Under the pieces are notes generated by a model. That model saw only the letters and a list, made by a program, of their open reading frames with translations. It did not search any database and was not told the DNA's origin. 64,000 nt of DNA, from positions 609 to 64,608 of the forward strand of contig CAMYIO010000033.1 of NCBI GenBank assembly GCA_947258515.1, in the 5' to 3' direction. This document shows positions 1-10,324 of this stretch, piece after piece. This DNA is from an uncultured Ectothiorhodospiraceae bacterium. Its GTDB lineage: Bacteria; Pseudomonadota; Gammaproteobacteria; UBA9214. Each line of letters opens with the position of its first letter. The first letter of the stretch is position 1. The translations under genes and the position numbers were made by a program.

Positions 1-174
1 CTGCAGAAGCGCAACCCATCCTTCATCGGTGTTGATACCATAGGCGCCACTGAGACTGTCGCCCAGCACCAGGATCACAGCCGCTGTTTCGGTTGTAACG
101 GCCACTGCATGGCCCGGCATCATGGTGATGCAAAATAATGCGGACAGGATAATTCCGGAGAATCGCTTGATCAT
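1..174 (-). CDS. tesA: Arylesterase / acyl-CoA thioesterase I (GDSL family), N-terminal part, runs off window edge
   Basis: Manual minus-strand translation MIKRFSGII...ILVLGDSLSGAYGINTDEGWVALLQ: signal peptide plus GDSL motif; head-to-head with a ybbA-like gene as in the known tesA-ybbAP arrangement. Confidence 0.9.
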   Translation of the reverse strand, partial: MIKRFSGIILSALFCITMMPGHAVAVTTETAAVILVLGDSLSGAYGINTDEGWVALLQ

Positions 175-862
175 GGCTGATAGTTCGTCAACTGGTTTTG
201 TCGAGGCCCGCAAGCTGGGCAAACAGGTGAGCACCCGTGATGGCGTGCTGACCCTGCTCGATGATATCAACTTCAGGGTCGATGAGGGTACCTCGGTAGC
301 GATACTGGGTGCTTCCGGTTCCGGCAAGACCACCTTGCTGGGCCTGCTGGCCGGCCTGGACATGCCAACCCATGGTGAGGTCATCATTGACGGCCACAAT
401 CTCAATGACTTCGATGAAGACGGACGTGCGCAACTCAGGGGCGAGCTGGTCGGTTTTGTCTTCCAGAATTTCCAGCTGCTGTTCGGGCTGACCGCACTCG
501 AGAATGTCATGCTGCCGCTGGAACTGGCACAAGCGCCCCATCCGCGTAAAACGGCCGCGGAACTGCTGGAACGTGTCGGGCTTGGTGAGCGCCTGCAGCA
601 CTATCCAAACCAGCTGTCCGGCGGTGAACAGCAGCGTTGTGCAATCGCCCGTGCATTTGCCACGCAGCCACGCTGCCTGTTTGCGGACGAACCTACTGGC
701 AACCTCGACAGCGATACCGGCAGTCGCATAATCGAACTGCTGTTTGAGCTCAACAGCGAGCAGGGCACGACACTGATCATGGCCACCCATGATGCACAGC
801 TGTCGCAACTATGCAAACGGCGCATTCATCTCGACGCCGGCAGATTGTCGGAACCAGGATGA
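173..862 (+). CDS. ybbA: ABC transporter ATP-binding protein (YbbA/LolD-like)
   Basis: Walker [17 protein letters not shown] signature, ADEPTGNLD; start ATG shares a CATG with the tesA start. Confidence 0.9.
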   Translation: MADSSSTGFVEARKLGKQVSTRDGVLTLLDDINFRVDEGTSVAILGASGSGKTTLLGLLAGLDMPTHGEVIIDGHNLNDFDEDGRAQLRGELVGFVFQNFQLLFGLTALENVMLPLELAQAPHPRKTAAELLERVGLGERLQHYPNQLSGGEQQRCAIARAFATQPRCLFADEPTGNLDSDTGSRIIELLFELNSEQGTTLIMATHDAQLSQLCKRRIHLDAGRLSEPG

Positions 863-3384
863 CTGATGGTGCGCAGAAAAGGGGGCTCTCGTTTGTCTGG
901 CATACGTCGTGGCGCATGCTGTGGCGTGACTGGCGTGGCGGCGAGCTCAGCATCCTTGCCGTGGGGCTTGTCATTGCAGTAACCAGTATTACCGCCGTCG
1001 GATTCTTTACCGACCGGATTGAACGCGGCCTGAAACTGCAATCCGCCGAACTTATCGGTGCGGATCTGGTGATCACCTCAGCAAAACCCGATGTCGCAGA
1101 CTATCTCGAAGATACCCGTGCCCATGGCTTTCAGGCCGCCACCACACAACAGTTCCGCAGTGTCGTGCTGGCCAATGAACGACCGCAACTGGTTGAAGTC
1201 AAGGCGGTCTCTGAAGGCTACCCGTTGCGGGGTGTGTTGCGTATCAGCGACAGCGCCTTTGGTGTCGATGAAGCAACCACAGCGATTCCCGCCGCGGGCG
1301 ATGTCTGGGTCGAGGCACGGCTGCTGCAGCTGCTGGATCTGCAGGTCGGGGATGAAATCAGTCTTGGCGCCACGACCTTTACCCTGCGCAAGCTGCTGCG
1401 TTATGAACCGGACCGGGCAGGGGATATGTTCAGCGTCGCACCGCGCGTAATGATGAACCGCGCCGACCTGGATGCCACGGAACTGATCGGCACGGGCGCG
1501 CTGGTGAACTATCGCGTCCTGATCGCGGGACCGCGCAGCAGTATCGAAGACTATCGCCGTGCCATCAAGGACAGCCTCAGGCAGGGGGAGCAGCTGCTGA
1601 CAGTTGAGGAGGGTCGTCCGGAACTCAACAGGGCACTTGAAAAGGCGCAGCAGTTTCTTGGCCTTGCCGCGCTGATCAGCGTCTTGCTTGCCGGTGTTGC
1701 CGTGGCAACGGTGGCCTACCGCTTCAGCAACCGACACCTCGACAGCAGCGCCATGTTGCGCTGTCTCGGCGCCTCGCAGAAAACTATCATCCGGCTTTTC
1801 ACCACGGAAATGCTGTGGCTGTCCCTGCTGGCCAGCAGTGTCGGCTGCATCCTGGGACTGCTGACACAGTTTGTTATCACCGAACTGCTGGACCAGCTAG
1901 TGCTTGCACAACTGCCTCCACCCTCTTTCAAGGCCGTGCTGCTGGGGTATGCAACCGGCATCGTTATGCTGACCGGATTCGCCATTCCACCCCTGTTGTC
2001 CCTCAGGCGTGTACCGCCACTGCGCGTGTTGCGCAAGGACGTACCCATGACCCCGGTCAGTGGCTGGGTCGTTTACCTTGCCGTGGTGATTTGTATGGCG
2101 GTATTGCTGTACTGGCAGGTCGGGGATATTAAACTGGTCACGCTGGTCCTTGGCGGCATTACCGCAACGCTGCTGCTACTGGCGCTTGCCGCCTATGCGC
2201 TGATCCTGTTAATGAATCGCCTGCGTGGCCGGGTCGGTGTCGCATGGCGATTCGGGCTGGCCAATATATCGAGAAGGCCGGCAAGCAGTGTCATCCAGGT
2301 GGTCGCCTTTGGCCTCGGTATCATGGTCATGCTGTTACTCTCCACGGTGCGTTCAGACCTGCTGGATGACTGGCAGCAAAGCCTGCCGGAAGGCGCTCCC
2401 AACCATTTTGTCATCAACGTGCAACCTGACCAGGTTGAAGCAATCCGCAATTACTTCAATGAACGCGGTGTCGCGGGCACGCGCCTGTATCCCATGGTGC
2501 GGGCACGACTGGTGGCGATCAATGGCAAGGCCGCACGCACCTCCGATTATGAGAGCGAGCGTGCCAAGCACATGATCACCCGAGAATTCAATCTCTCATG
2601 GGCAGAGGATATGCAGGCCGACAATGCACTGCTGGCCGGTTCCTGGTGGAGCAGGGACGACTTCGGCACACCGCTGCTGTCGCTGGAGTCGAAACTGGCG
2701 GAAACACTGCGCCTGCAATTACACGATGTACTGGGTTTTGATATCAACGGCACGGTTATCGAGTTCACGATAAGCAGCCTGCGGAGTGTTGAGTGGGATA
2801 CCTTCAACATCAATTTCTTTACCGTGGTGCCACCGGGTGTACTGGAGGACAAACCGGCAAACTGGGTGACCAGCGTGTATCTTGACAGCGTACAACGTCA
2901 GCAACTGGGAGAACTGGTACGCATGTTTCCAAATATAACGCTGATTGACGTGGACATCGTCATGCGACGTGTACGCGGCATTATGGACCGCGTAGCGCTT
3001 GCGGTTGAGTTTGTTTTCCTGTTCACGATCCTGGCGGGACTGGCAGTACTGTATGCCGCCATCCAGGCCAACCAGGACGAACGGCGCTTTGAAAGCGCCG
3101 TCTTGCGTACGCTGGGCGCCAGGAAGAAAACACTGCTACTCGGTCTGTTTGCAGAGTTCACCACACTCGGTGCACTGTCCGGTCTGCTCGCCGGGCTTTC
3201 CGCAACCACGCTTGCCTGGTTGCTGGCCGAGTTTATCTTCAAGTTTGACTACCGGCTCGATTTCACCGTGGTCCTCACAGGAATAATCAGCGGGACCCTG
3301 ATCGTCGTGACGGCCGGTTTGCTGGGTACTCGCAGCGTGTTGACACACCCGCCTGTCGAAACGTTGCGGGAAGGAACAGGCTGA
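859..3384 (+). CDS. ybbP: ABC transporter permease, FtsX-like (YbbP)
   Basis: RDWRGGEL N-terminus, two blocks of TM helices, PNHFVINVQ; ATGA overlap with the upstream ATPase. Confidence 0.88.
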   Translation: MTDGAQKRGLSFVWHTSWRMLWRDWRGGELSILAVGLVIAVTSITAVGFFTDRIERGLKLQSAELIGADLVITSAKPDVADYLEDTRAHGFQAATTQQFRSVVLANERPQLVEVKAVSEGYPLRGVLRISDSAFGVDEATTAIPAAGDVWVEARLLQLLDLQVGDEISLGATTFTLRKLLRYEPDRAGDMFSVAPRVMMNRADLDATELIGTGALVNYRVLIAGPRSSIEDYRRAIKDSLRQGEQLLTVEEGRPELNRALEKAQQFLGLAALISVLLAGVAVATVAYRFSNRHLDSSAMLRCLGASQKTIIRLFTTEMLWLSLLASSVGCILGLLTQFVITELLDQLVLAQLPPPSFKAVLLGYATGIVMLTGFAIPPLLSLRRVPPLRVLRKDVPMTPVSGWVVYLAVVICMAVLLYWQVGDIKLVTLVLGGITATLLLLALAAYALILLMNRLRGRVGVAWRFGLANISRRPASSVIQVVAFGLGIMVMLLLSTVRSDLLDDWQQSLPEGAPNHFVINVQPDQVEAIRNYFNERGVAGTRLYPMVRARLVAINGKAARTSDYESERAKHMITREFNLSWAEDMQADNALLAGSWWSRDDFGTPLLSLESKLAETLRLQLHDVLGFDINGTVIEFTISSLRSVEWDTFNINFFTVVPPGVLEDKPANWVTSVYLDSVQRQQLGELVRMFPNITLIDVDIVMRRVRGIMDRVALAVEFVFLFTILAGLAVLYAAIQANQDERRFESAVLRTLGARKKTLLLGLFAEFTTLGALSGLLAGLSATTLAWLLAEFIFKFDYRLDFTVVLTGIISGTLIVVTAGLLGTRSVLTHPPVETLREGTG

Positions 3385-3405
3385 TTCGATTATCGCGGCA
3401 TGGCG

Positions 3406-4320
3406 CTAGAATCTCACCTTCAAGGTTGCTCCGAGGAAGGGTGCGGTGGACAGGTCGCTTTTGCTGATCAGGTCACCTGATTCGTCCTCCAGTCGCAGAG
3501 TGGCACCAAGCTCCGCTCCGCCGAGCAGGCTCAGCGTAATATCACTGGACACCGCAAACTCTGCCAGCGCGAATAGCGGGAAGGCTTTATCCTGACCGAC
3601 ACCATCGGGTGCCGGGCCGCTGTCGTCAAGGCGGAAGCGGGTCTTCTCGTAGCGTCCACCCAGGGCGAACTGCCAGCGCGGCGAATACTGCCACTTGAGT
3701 TGCAGGCCTGGCCCGCGGCTTGCCGCAAAACCACCGCCGGTCTCAAGCGACAGCGTGTCGGTGATCTTCCAGTCAATAACCAGAATAGGGAAGAAGCTCG
3801 TACTGTCCTCTATTTCGCTGAAGACACCAAGACCCGGACCGATGCTAAGTGTGTCGCTGATCTTGTACGCTGCGCCGGCGAGCAGGCCACCATTCCTGCC
3901 ATCATTGAGCGAAGCACCGGACTCCGCATTGAAGCGCAGCGATGGAATGGCGTAGACAGTCCAGTGCTCGTTGGCAAAGTACTGCAGCGGCACGCCGATG
4001 CGAAATTCGCGAATCCTGTCCCAGGGGTCGAGTCCACCAAAGCCCCCGGATCCCGAGAAGTCATAGTGATCCTCGCCATAGCCCAGAGCAGCACCCACAC
4101 GCCAGCGTCGAGCGAAGACACGTCCAAGGCCGCCGCTGACAAACGCGCGCCCGGCGCTCATGTCACCGCCGCTATCGAGTGAGGTACTGGACTGGTAGAC
4201 AGCACCGGCATCCAGTGTCCATTTCCAGGGGCTGTCGCCGCGCTGTGTCCGTTCGGCGGCCATGGACGGCATGGCAAGCCCCAGCAGCAACAGGCTGGTC
4301 ATCAGTGAGTGCAGCGACAT
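3406..4320 (-). CDS. Outer-membrane beta-barrel protein of unknown function
   Basis: Signal peptide MSLHSL...SMAA, amphipathic beta-strand pattern, C-terminal Phe (LKVRF). Confidence 0.7.
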   Translation of the reverse strand: MSLHSLMTSLLLLGLAMPSMAAERTQRGDSPWKWTLDAGAVYQSSTSLDSGGDMSAGRAFVSGGLGRVFARRWRVGAALGYGEDHYDFSGSGGFGGLDPWDRIREFRIGVPLQYFANEHWTVYAIPSLRFNAESGASLNDGRNGGLLAGAAYKISDTLSIGPGLGVFSEIEDSTSFFPILVIDWKITDTLSLETGGGFAASRGPGLQLKWQYSPRWQFALGGRYEKTRFRLDDSGPAPDGVGQDKAFPLFALAEFAVSSDITLSLLGGAELGATLRLEDESGDLISKSDLSTAPFLGATLKVRF

Positions 4321-4590
4321 CTTGCAGGTTTCCTCTGGCAGGTGGATTGTAGCTCGACCGGTGCCAAAGCGACGGCACACAACAAGCGCAGTCCGTTTAT
4401 ATTACCAGAATCCAGCTGCAAAACCTCTTCCTCTGCAATCGCCATGGAAGCACAAAATCTTGATGAAACCTGTTGGCTCGCATCTGGTCTGAATTCATGA
4501 CAACAGTTACAGTAAAGCGAGAACAGAAAAGATAACGAAACGGCTTTATGGGCAATGGATTCATACGCGCGCAAGCACTGCGAGGTGAGC

Positions 4591-4982
4591 ATGACAAATC
4601 TGGGGCATGTGGTATTTTATGTTCGTGACCTTGAACGCTCCGTGAAATTCTACACCAATGCGGTTGGACTAGGGCTCAGCGGTACCATCTTCAATGGCCG
4701 TGCGGCATTACTCAGTGGTGGCAGTACACACCACGAGTTACTGCTTATCCAGACAGGTGCCGCCGAGGGTCCCTTGCAGGGGAAGCGTATCGGCCTTTAC
4801 CACGTCGGCTGGAAAATCGGTGATTCACTCGAGGAATTAACCACACTATCAGTCAAAGTATTTATCTCAGAGACCCTGATGGCAATGAAATTGAATTGTA
4901 TGTCGACAATCCGGATTATGACTGGCGCAACGATGACAGCTGGATGGAGGCGCCTGTTAAACCATTGAAAACCAGCAACTGA
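4591..4982 (+). pseudogene. VOC/glyoxalase family protein, split by internal deletion near 4840
   Basis: LGHVVFYVRDLERS...GLYHVGW in one frame; HTISQSIYLRDPDGNEIELYVD continues in another frame to TGA 4980-4982; the usual helix between them is absent. Confidence 0.8.
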
Positions 4983-5001
4983 CAGCTACGCCACTTGAGA
5001 G

Positions 5002-5205
5002 GTGAATATCGACATGAGCGGAGTAACCCCCTACATTACCCTTGAGCAAATTGCCGCACGCATGCAAGACATGAATACCTGTGAGGCAGTCAACGAGGCG
5101 CTGGATGAGGTAGAATACCTGTTTGAAGTCATACCGCCCGAGCTGCAAGACCCTGCCGAGACATTGATTGCCCAGCTCAGGGAGAAGCTGAAGAACCTGG
5201 AATAA
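5002..5205 (+). CDS. Small acidic helical hypothetical protein
   Basis: 67-aa ORF with GAGAGG RBS before the GTG start. Confidence 0.65.
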   Translation: MNIDMSGVTPYITLEQIAARMQDMNTCEAVNEALDEVEYLFEVIPPELQDPAETLIAQLREKLKNLE

Positions 5206-5338
5206 TCCGGACTCCATGCACTGCATGAAACAAGCCGGACCGCCCGGGCAGTGTTAATCAGCAGCTAACCATTGCAAGCCTGCCATCAGGGGCCTATTGT
5301 GTCGCGGCATCCCGACCGGCAAAACAATACAGGACAAC

Positions 5339-6102
5339 ATGAACGAGAAAACAGAAACCCGCAACATGGCACTGTTCTGCGACTTCGAGAACGTCGCGCT
5401 GGGCGTGCGCGATGCCAATTACTCGGCCTTCAACATACAGAAGGTACTGGAACGCCTGCTGCTCAAGGGCAGTATCGTCGTCAAGAAGGCCTACTGCGAC
5501 TGGGACCGCTACAAGGAATTCAAGAAAACCATGCAAACTCTGCCGACATTCGCATGGTCGTTGACGCGCTGGACCTCTGTTATACCAAGTCGCATGTCGA
5601 CACCTTCGTGATCATCAGCGGCGACTCGGATTTTTCGCCCCTGGTCAGCAAACTGCGCGAGAATGACAAGGTGGTCATCGGTGTTGGCGTGAAGAGCTCC
5701 ACATCTGACCTGCTGATTGCAAACTGCGACGATTTTATCTTCTACGACGACCTGGTACGCGAGTCGGAGAAGCCGCGCCGCGCCCGGCGCAAGCCCGTGG
5801 CCAAAAAGGCAGGCAAGAAAGACAATACAAAGATCGAGGATGACAAGCAGCAGGAAGCACTGGACCTGGTCGTTGAAACGGTAGAGGCGTTGCTCAAGGA
5901 GCGCGGAGAACAGGAAAAGGTCTGGGGCTCGATGGTCAAGCAGACCCTGAAACGACGCAAGCCGGGTTTCAACGAGACCTACCACGGTTTCCGCACTTTT
6001 GGACAACTGCTGGAAGAAGCGCAGGCGCGTAAAATGCTGACATTGCAGCTGGACGAGAAATCGGGCGGCTACATCATCAAGGAACTCAACCGCGACGACT
6101 AG
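5339..6102 (+). pseudogene. NYN (LabA/DUF88) nuclease domain plus C-terminal OST-HTH, split by internal deletion near 5535
   Basis: ALFCDFENVALG...KKAYCDW in one frame; NSADIRMVVDALD...ISGDSDFSPLV...GFRTFGQLLEEA in another; the usual segment between TMH and GKNSAD is missing. Confidence 0.85.
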
Positions 6103-6151
6103 CCGTTACCGAACACGGCGGATTCACCCGGCATAAACTGTTGACTTGCGT

Positions 6152-6178
6152 GGCGGGCAAGTCGCAGTCTTGCCCGCC
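6152..6178. terminator. GC-rich hairpin after the NYN gene (possible terminator)
   Basis: GGCGGGCAAG-N7-CTTGCCCGCC, perfect 10-bp stem; no clear U-tract. Confidence 0.4.
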
Positions 6179-6277
6179 CCTTGAGTTACCACCGCCATGC
6201 TGCGAAAATAATGAAGCTGTGCACAGGAACAATCAACGCATGTGGCAGTCAACAGTAAAATAAAGTGAGGTTTAGCT

Positions 6278-6571
6278 ATGAACATACCCGAACGCGACGG
6301 TGACGGTTACCTGGTCGACAGCAGCGTCTGGACAGAGGAGATTGCACGCGCCATGGCAGAAGCCGATGATGTGGAACTGGATGACGTCAAGTGGCAGCAA
6401 ATTCTGAAGGCGCGTGAGTACTACGAAGAACACGCCGTGGTGCCGCCCATACGGAAATTCTCCAAGTACCTCGGGGCGGACCAGAAAGAGATGTTCAAAA
6501 TGTGGATGACCGGCCCGATGAAGCCGATCACCAAGTACGGTGGATTGCCCAAACCCACTGGTTGCGTCTGA
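6278..6571 (+). CDS. DsrC/TusE-family sulfur relay protein (single C-terminal Cys)
   Basis: DGDGYLVD...W N-terminus and C-terminal GLPKPTGCV; no second Cys of true DsrC. Confidence 0.85.
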   Translation: MNIPERDGDGYLVDSSVWTEEIARAMAEADDVELDDVKWQQILKAREYYEEHAVVPPIRKFSKYLGADQKEMFKMWMTGPMKPITKYGGLPKPTGCV

Positions 6572-6820
6572 GGGGGGCAGCCGGACAGAGCTGCACAAGT
6601 CCATTCAACCCGGAAAAGCGGCAACCTGTACCAGACTGACAACTCTCTGACGCAAAAGCGACCCACAGCCGGGAATGGACCTGCTTGTCCATGCTATCGT
6701 TGCTCTGGTGTAGGTTGCTGCTGCAGTGCCACAGAAGGCCCGTTGCACGGAAATCACACGACACCCCTGCAGCCTGAACCCCACTGCATTGGTCCAGGTA
6801 CAGCTGGATCGCACGTCTCT

Positions 6821-6834
6821 TTGACCTGTATCAA
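6821..6834 (+). promoter_or_regulatory. FNR/Anr-type box
   Basis: TTGAC-CTGT-ATCAA; TAGGTT lies 22 nt downstream (class II spacing). Confidence 0.6.
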
Positions 6835-6896
6835 CGACTGTATGGGATTTTTTGTATAGGTTTTAGCAATTAAGACAAGAGAAAGGGACACAGATC

Positions 6897-7391
6897 ATGG
6901 TTCTGGACAACACACTGATTGGTGCACTGATCATTCTGCTGGTGGGGCTCTCTGCGCTTGTATTCTTCAACTGGTCAAATACCCGCAGTGCCCGCCGACA
7001 TACAGAAAAGATTTTCCAGCAACAGCACCTGGTAAGAACCCACCCGGACGTGCATCGCCTGTCCCAGGCAGTGCATTTACTGCGTCCCTCGGTACGCCTC
7101 GGTTTTGATTATGTCATCCAGCATGATGATGGCAAGCTCCCCTGTATCTCGGAATGGAACACCGGCGGCTCGATGCCGACACAGGCGGATCTTGATGATG
7201 CGCTCAAGAAAGTGACCACAATCGACTCCACCGGCTATGCAGCCATGCGCAGATCGGAGTACCCGAGCATCGAGGATCAACTGGATGCGGCCTACAAGGC
7301 ACGCCGTGGCGATTTGTCCGAGCAGGAAGAACTGGATCTGCGCATCGAACAGATCAAGAACAAGTATCCCAAAACAGACGACGCCCTCTGA
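6897..7391 (+). CDS. Membrane-anchored protein with XkdW/phage tail-fibre-chaperone-like domain
   Basis: N-terminal TM helix; ISEWN...PTQADL and C-terminal YAAMRRSEYPSIEDQLDA...IKNKYPK. Confidence 0.6.
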   Translation: MVLDNTLIGALIILLVGLSALVFFNWSNTRSARRHTEKIFQQQHLVRTHPDVHRLSQAVHLLRPSVRLGFDYVIQHDDGKLPCISEWNTGGSMPTQADLDDALKKVTTIDSTGYAAMRRSEYPSIEDQLDAAYKARRGDLSEQEELDLRIEQIKNKYPKTDDAL

Positions 7392-7511
7392 TGTCGATTA
7401 CAAGGCGCCCGGCATTATACCTGCCGTGAATAACACACGGCCATATCCTGCGCCGCCTGTTACAGGCCGCTCGCAGGTATCAAAGAATCAGTCACCAGGA
7501 AGAGGAGTAAT

Positions 7512-8027
7512 ATGAACAACGTCCAACCGCTATCGGGTTCCCGGTATTCGCTAAAAAAGCTTTTCTGGCTATTGCTCCCGGTGGCCCTGTCTGTGCCGCT
7601 GGCGGTACACAGCAGTTCATCGAATAATGACGGAAACGAGGATGATCTTGAGACGCACTTCACCGATTTGCGCACTTTAGTCGAAATGCCCGAGCGGGCT
7701 CGCCAGATACTAATTGAAGACATGCTCGATCATCTTGCGGTATTGAATGAAATCAACCGTTACCTGTCCGAAAACAAACTATCCTCTGCCGCGGAGGTTG
7801 CGGAAACCGGCATGGGCCAGAGCCTGCTGAGCAAGTACCAGGACGAGGCGCTGCGGCCCGGACACTACATGCCGCAGGAAATGCGGGAAATCGGCTGGGA
7901 ACTGCACAATGCGGCAACCGGGTTCGCAAAGGCTGCCAGACAAGGCAATCTGCAGGAAACCTTGATTGCCTACCATCGCATCAGCAGTGCATGCGTAGCC
8001 TGCCACTACAGCTACCGCACCCGCTGA
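7512..8027 (+). CDS. Cytochrome c'-like (class II, four-helix) periplasmic cytochrome
   Basis: Signal peptide, helical body, single C-terminal CVACH; GAGGAG RBS. Confidence 0.8.
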   Translation: MNNVQPLSGSRYSLKKLFWLLLPVALSVPLAVHSSSSNNDGNEDDLETHFTDLRTLVEMPERARQILIEDMLDHLAVLNEINRYLSENKLSSAAEVAETGMGQSLLSKYQDEALRPGHYMPQEMREIGWELHNAATGFAKAARQGNLQETLIAYHRISSACVACHYSYRTR

Positions 8028-8049
8028 GTTAGCCGGTCTCAGCGCCGGC

Positions 8050-8997
8050 GTGCATGACGACACCGACAGACCGGAAGCCGATCCGTCGAAAAGCGAAGGG
8101 GCAGGCCGGGGGGTACCGTCCACCTACGCGATCGGTGACGTCCAGGGCTGCTTCGATGACTTGCTGAGGCTGCTGGACAAACTGGATTTCGATCCGGCGC
8201 ACGATCGCCTCTGGTTTACCGGAGATCTCGTCAACAAGGGACCCAACTCACTGGAACTGCTGCGCTTCGTGCATGGCCTCGGCAACGCTGCCATCAGCGT
8301 GCTCGGCAACCACGACCTGCACCTGCTCGCCACGGCGGCCGGGGCGGTCAAGATCCGCAAGAAGGACACTATAGCCGAGATCCTCGATGCCCCCGACTGC
8401 GAAGAACTCCTGTTCTGGCTGCGGCATCAACCACTCCTGCACCACAACGAGGCCCTTGGCTTCACCATGATTCATGCCGGACTCCCGCCACAGTGGGACC
8501 TGGATAAAGCCCGCCAATGTGCCTCTGAGCTGGAAACCGTGTTGCAGAACCTCGATTACGAGGACCTGTTCCTGCATTTGCAGAGAGACAGGCCGCTGCG
8601 CTGGAGGGAGGACCTGGAGGGCTGGGAACGCCTGCGTTATATCACTAATTGCTTCACACAGTTGCGCTGGTGCGATGCTGACGGCCGTATCGATCTGACG
8701 GGGGAAAGGCGCAAGTCGCCGTCAGGCAAAAAACGCTCGCGACCCTGGTTCGAGCTGCCGCGCCGCGCCGGCAAACCGCTGCGGATTATCTTCGGGCACT
8801 GGGCAAAGCTGGTCATCGCCGAGCCGACCAGGAGGGCCGCACGCGTCATCCCGCTGGACACGGGCTGTGCCAACGGCGGCCGGTTTACGGCATTTCGACT
8901 TCAGGACCAGCGCTATTTCAGACTCAAGTGCAAGAACAGGGCCGTCCCCTGGAGAAGTCTCGACATGGCCGATCGCAAGGTCAGGAAAAACCCGTGA
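8050..8997 (+). CDS. apaH: Symmetrical bis(5'-nucleosyl)-tetraphosphatase
   Basis: TYAIGDVQGC, GDLVNKGP, LGNHDLHLL, HAGLPPQW, FGHW and LDTGC metallophosphoesterase motifs. Confidence 0.9.
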   Translation: MHDDTDRPEADPSKSEGAGRGVPSTYAIGDVQGCFDDLLRLLDKLDFDPAHDRLWFTGDLVNKGPNSLELLRFVHGLGNAAISVLGNHDLHLLATAAGAVKIRKKDTIAEILDAPDCEELLFWLRHQPLLHHNEALGFTMIHAGLPPQWDLDKARQCASELETVLQNLDYEDLFLHLQRDRPLRWREDLEGWERLRYITNCFTQLRWCDADGRIDLTGERRKSPSGKKRSRPWFELPRRAGKPLRIIFGHWAKLVIAEPTRRAARVIPLDTGCANGGRFTAFRLQDQRYFRLKCKNRAVPWRSLDMADRKVRKNP

Positions 8998-9129
8998 GCC
9001 GTACAGCTACAGGAAAGTCAATCCGGACATTAATAACAATCCCGTTTGTTAAACCGGACACAAATGTTCTGGTAACATGATCCCTGCAAGAAAAGCAGGG
9101 GCCCTCGGCCCGGCATTCAAGGAAGCCAT

Positions 9130-9999
9130 GTGAACAACACTGCATCGAAGTCAGCCGTGCTGCTGATACACTGCCCGGATCAGAAGGGGATAGTGATATC
9201 AATTACCGAGTTCATATTCAAGAACGGCGGCAACATCCTCTATCTGGACCAGCACGTGGATACAGAGCGCCAGGTCTTTTTCATGCGCATCGAGTGGGAC
9301 TTGCATGACTTTGTCATTGCCGACGGCAAGATCGGTGAGTACTTTGAAACCCTCGTGGCAAAACGCTTCTCGATGAACTGGCAACTGCACTTCTCGAATG
9401 AAGTGCCGCGCATGGCACTGTTTGTGTCAAAACAGCCGCACTGCTTCTACGATATCCTGGCCCGCTACGAGGCTGGCGAGTGGCAGGTCGAGATCCCCCT
9501 GATTATCAGCAATCATACCGACATGCAGACCGCAGCCGAACGTCAGGGCATTGATTTTGTATACCTGCCGCTCAGCGCTGAGAACCGGGCGGAACAGGAG
9601 CACAAACAGCTTGAGCTGCTGCAAGAGTACCGTATCGATTTCATTGTTCTGGCGCGCTACATGCAGATCCTCAGTGACAACTTTATCGACAACTACCCGG
9701 ACCGCATCATCAATATCCATCATTCCTTTCTGCCTGCGTTTCCCGGTGCACGGCCCTACCACTCCGCGCATGAGCGGGGAGTGAAGATCATCGGCGCCAC
9801 CAGTCACTATGCAACCGCCGAGCTGGACACAGGACCGATCATCGAGCAGGACGTGGTGCGCGTGAGCCACGAGAATTCGGTTGAAGACATGATCCGCAAG
9901 GGTCGCGATCTCGAAAAGATGGTACTGGCCCGCGCCGTATGGCACCACCTGCACCATAACCTGCTGGTTTATGAAAACCGCACGGTTGTATTTGAATAG
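9130..9999 (+). CDS. purU: Formyltetrahydrofolate deformylase
   Basis: ACT domain CPDQKGIV, LARYMQIL, INIHHSFLPAF, GVKIIGATSHY. Confidence 0.95.
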   Translation: MNNTASKSAVLLIHCPDQKGIVISITEFIFKNGGNILYLDQHVDTERQVFFMRIEWDLHDFVIADGKIGEYFETLVAKRFSMNWQLHFSNEVPRMALFVSKQPHCFYDILARYEAGEWQVEIPLIISNHTDMQTAAERQGIDFVYLPLSAENRAEQEHKQLELLQEYRIDFIVLARYMQILSDNFIDNYPDRIINIHHSFLPAFPGARPYHSAHERGVKIIGATSHYATAELDTGPIIEQDVVRVSHENSVEDMIRKGRDLEKMVLARAVWHHLHHNLLVYENRTVVFE

Positions 10000-10071
10000 A
10001 CTACGGGTGACACAGTAAAGCATTCACGAGGAACACCCCACCGACAGCGAGTTTGTCATTCAGGACGGGAA

Positions 10072-10200
10072 TCACGCCAGTTGATGAAACTGCCTGAGCC
10101 AGCTCCTGTATTCTTCTGCCGGTATCGGCTTGGCAATTATGTAACCTTTATATAACCCTGCTATAACGGGGTTTTTCTTCAGCCACCAGACCAATATCAT
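10072..10200 (-). pseudogene. 42-codon ORF resembling the C-terminal end of an EAL phosphodiesterase domain
   Basis: Manual translation MILVWWLKKNPVIAGLYKGYIIAKPIPAEEYRSWLRQFHQLA; GYIIAKP resembles the terminal QGY..SKP motif of EAL domains. Confidence 0.35.
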
Positions 10201-10324
10201 TTCCCCTGACACACTGGCACCCGTAACCCGGACACCGAGGGAGCTTTGCGGTGCAGTGCGCTGTTGTGTCTGCCCGCATGATTGTGCGTGATATATTCAA
10301 TTATTCACATCACCCGAGAAACGT

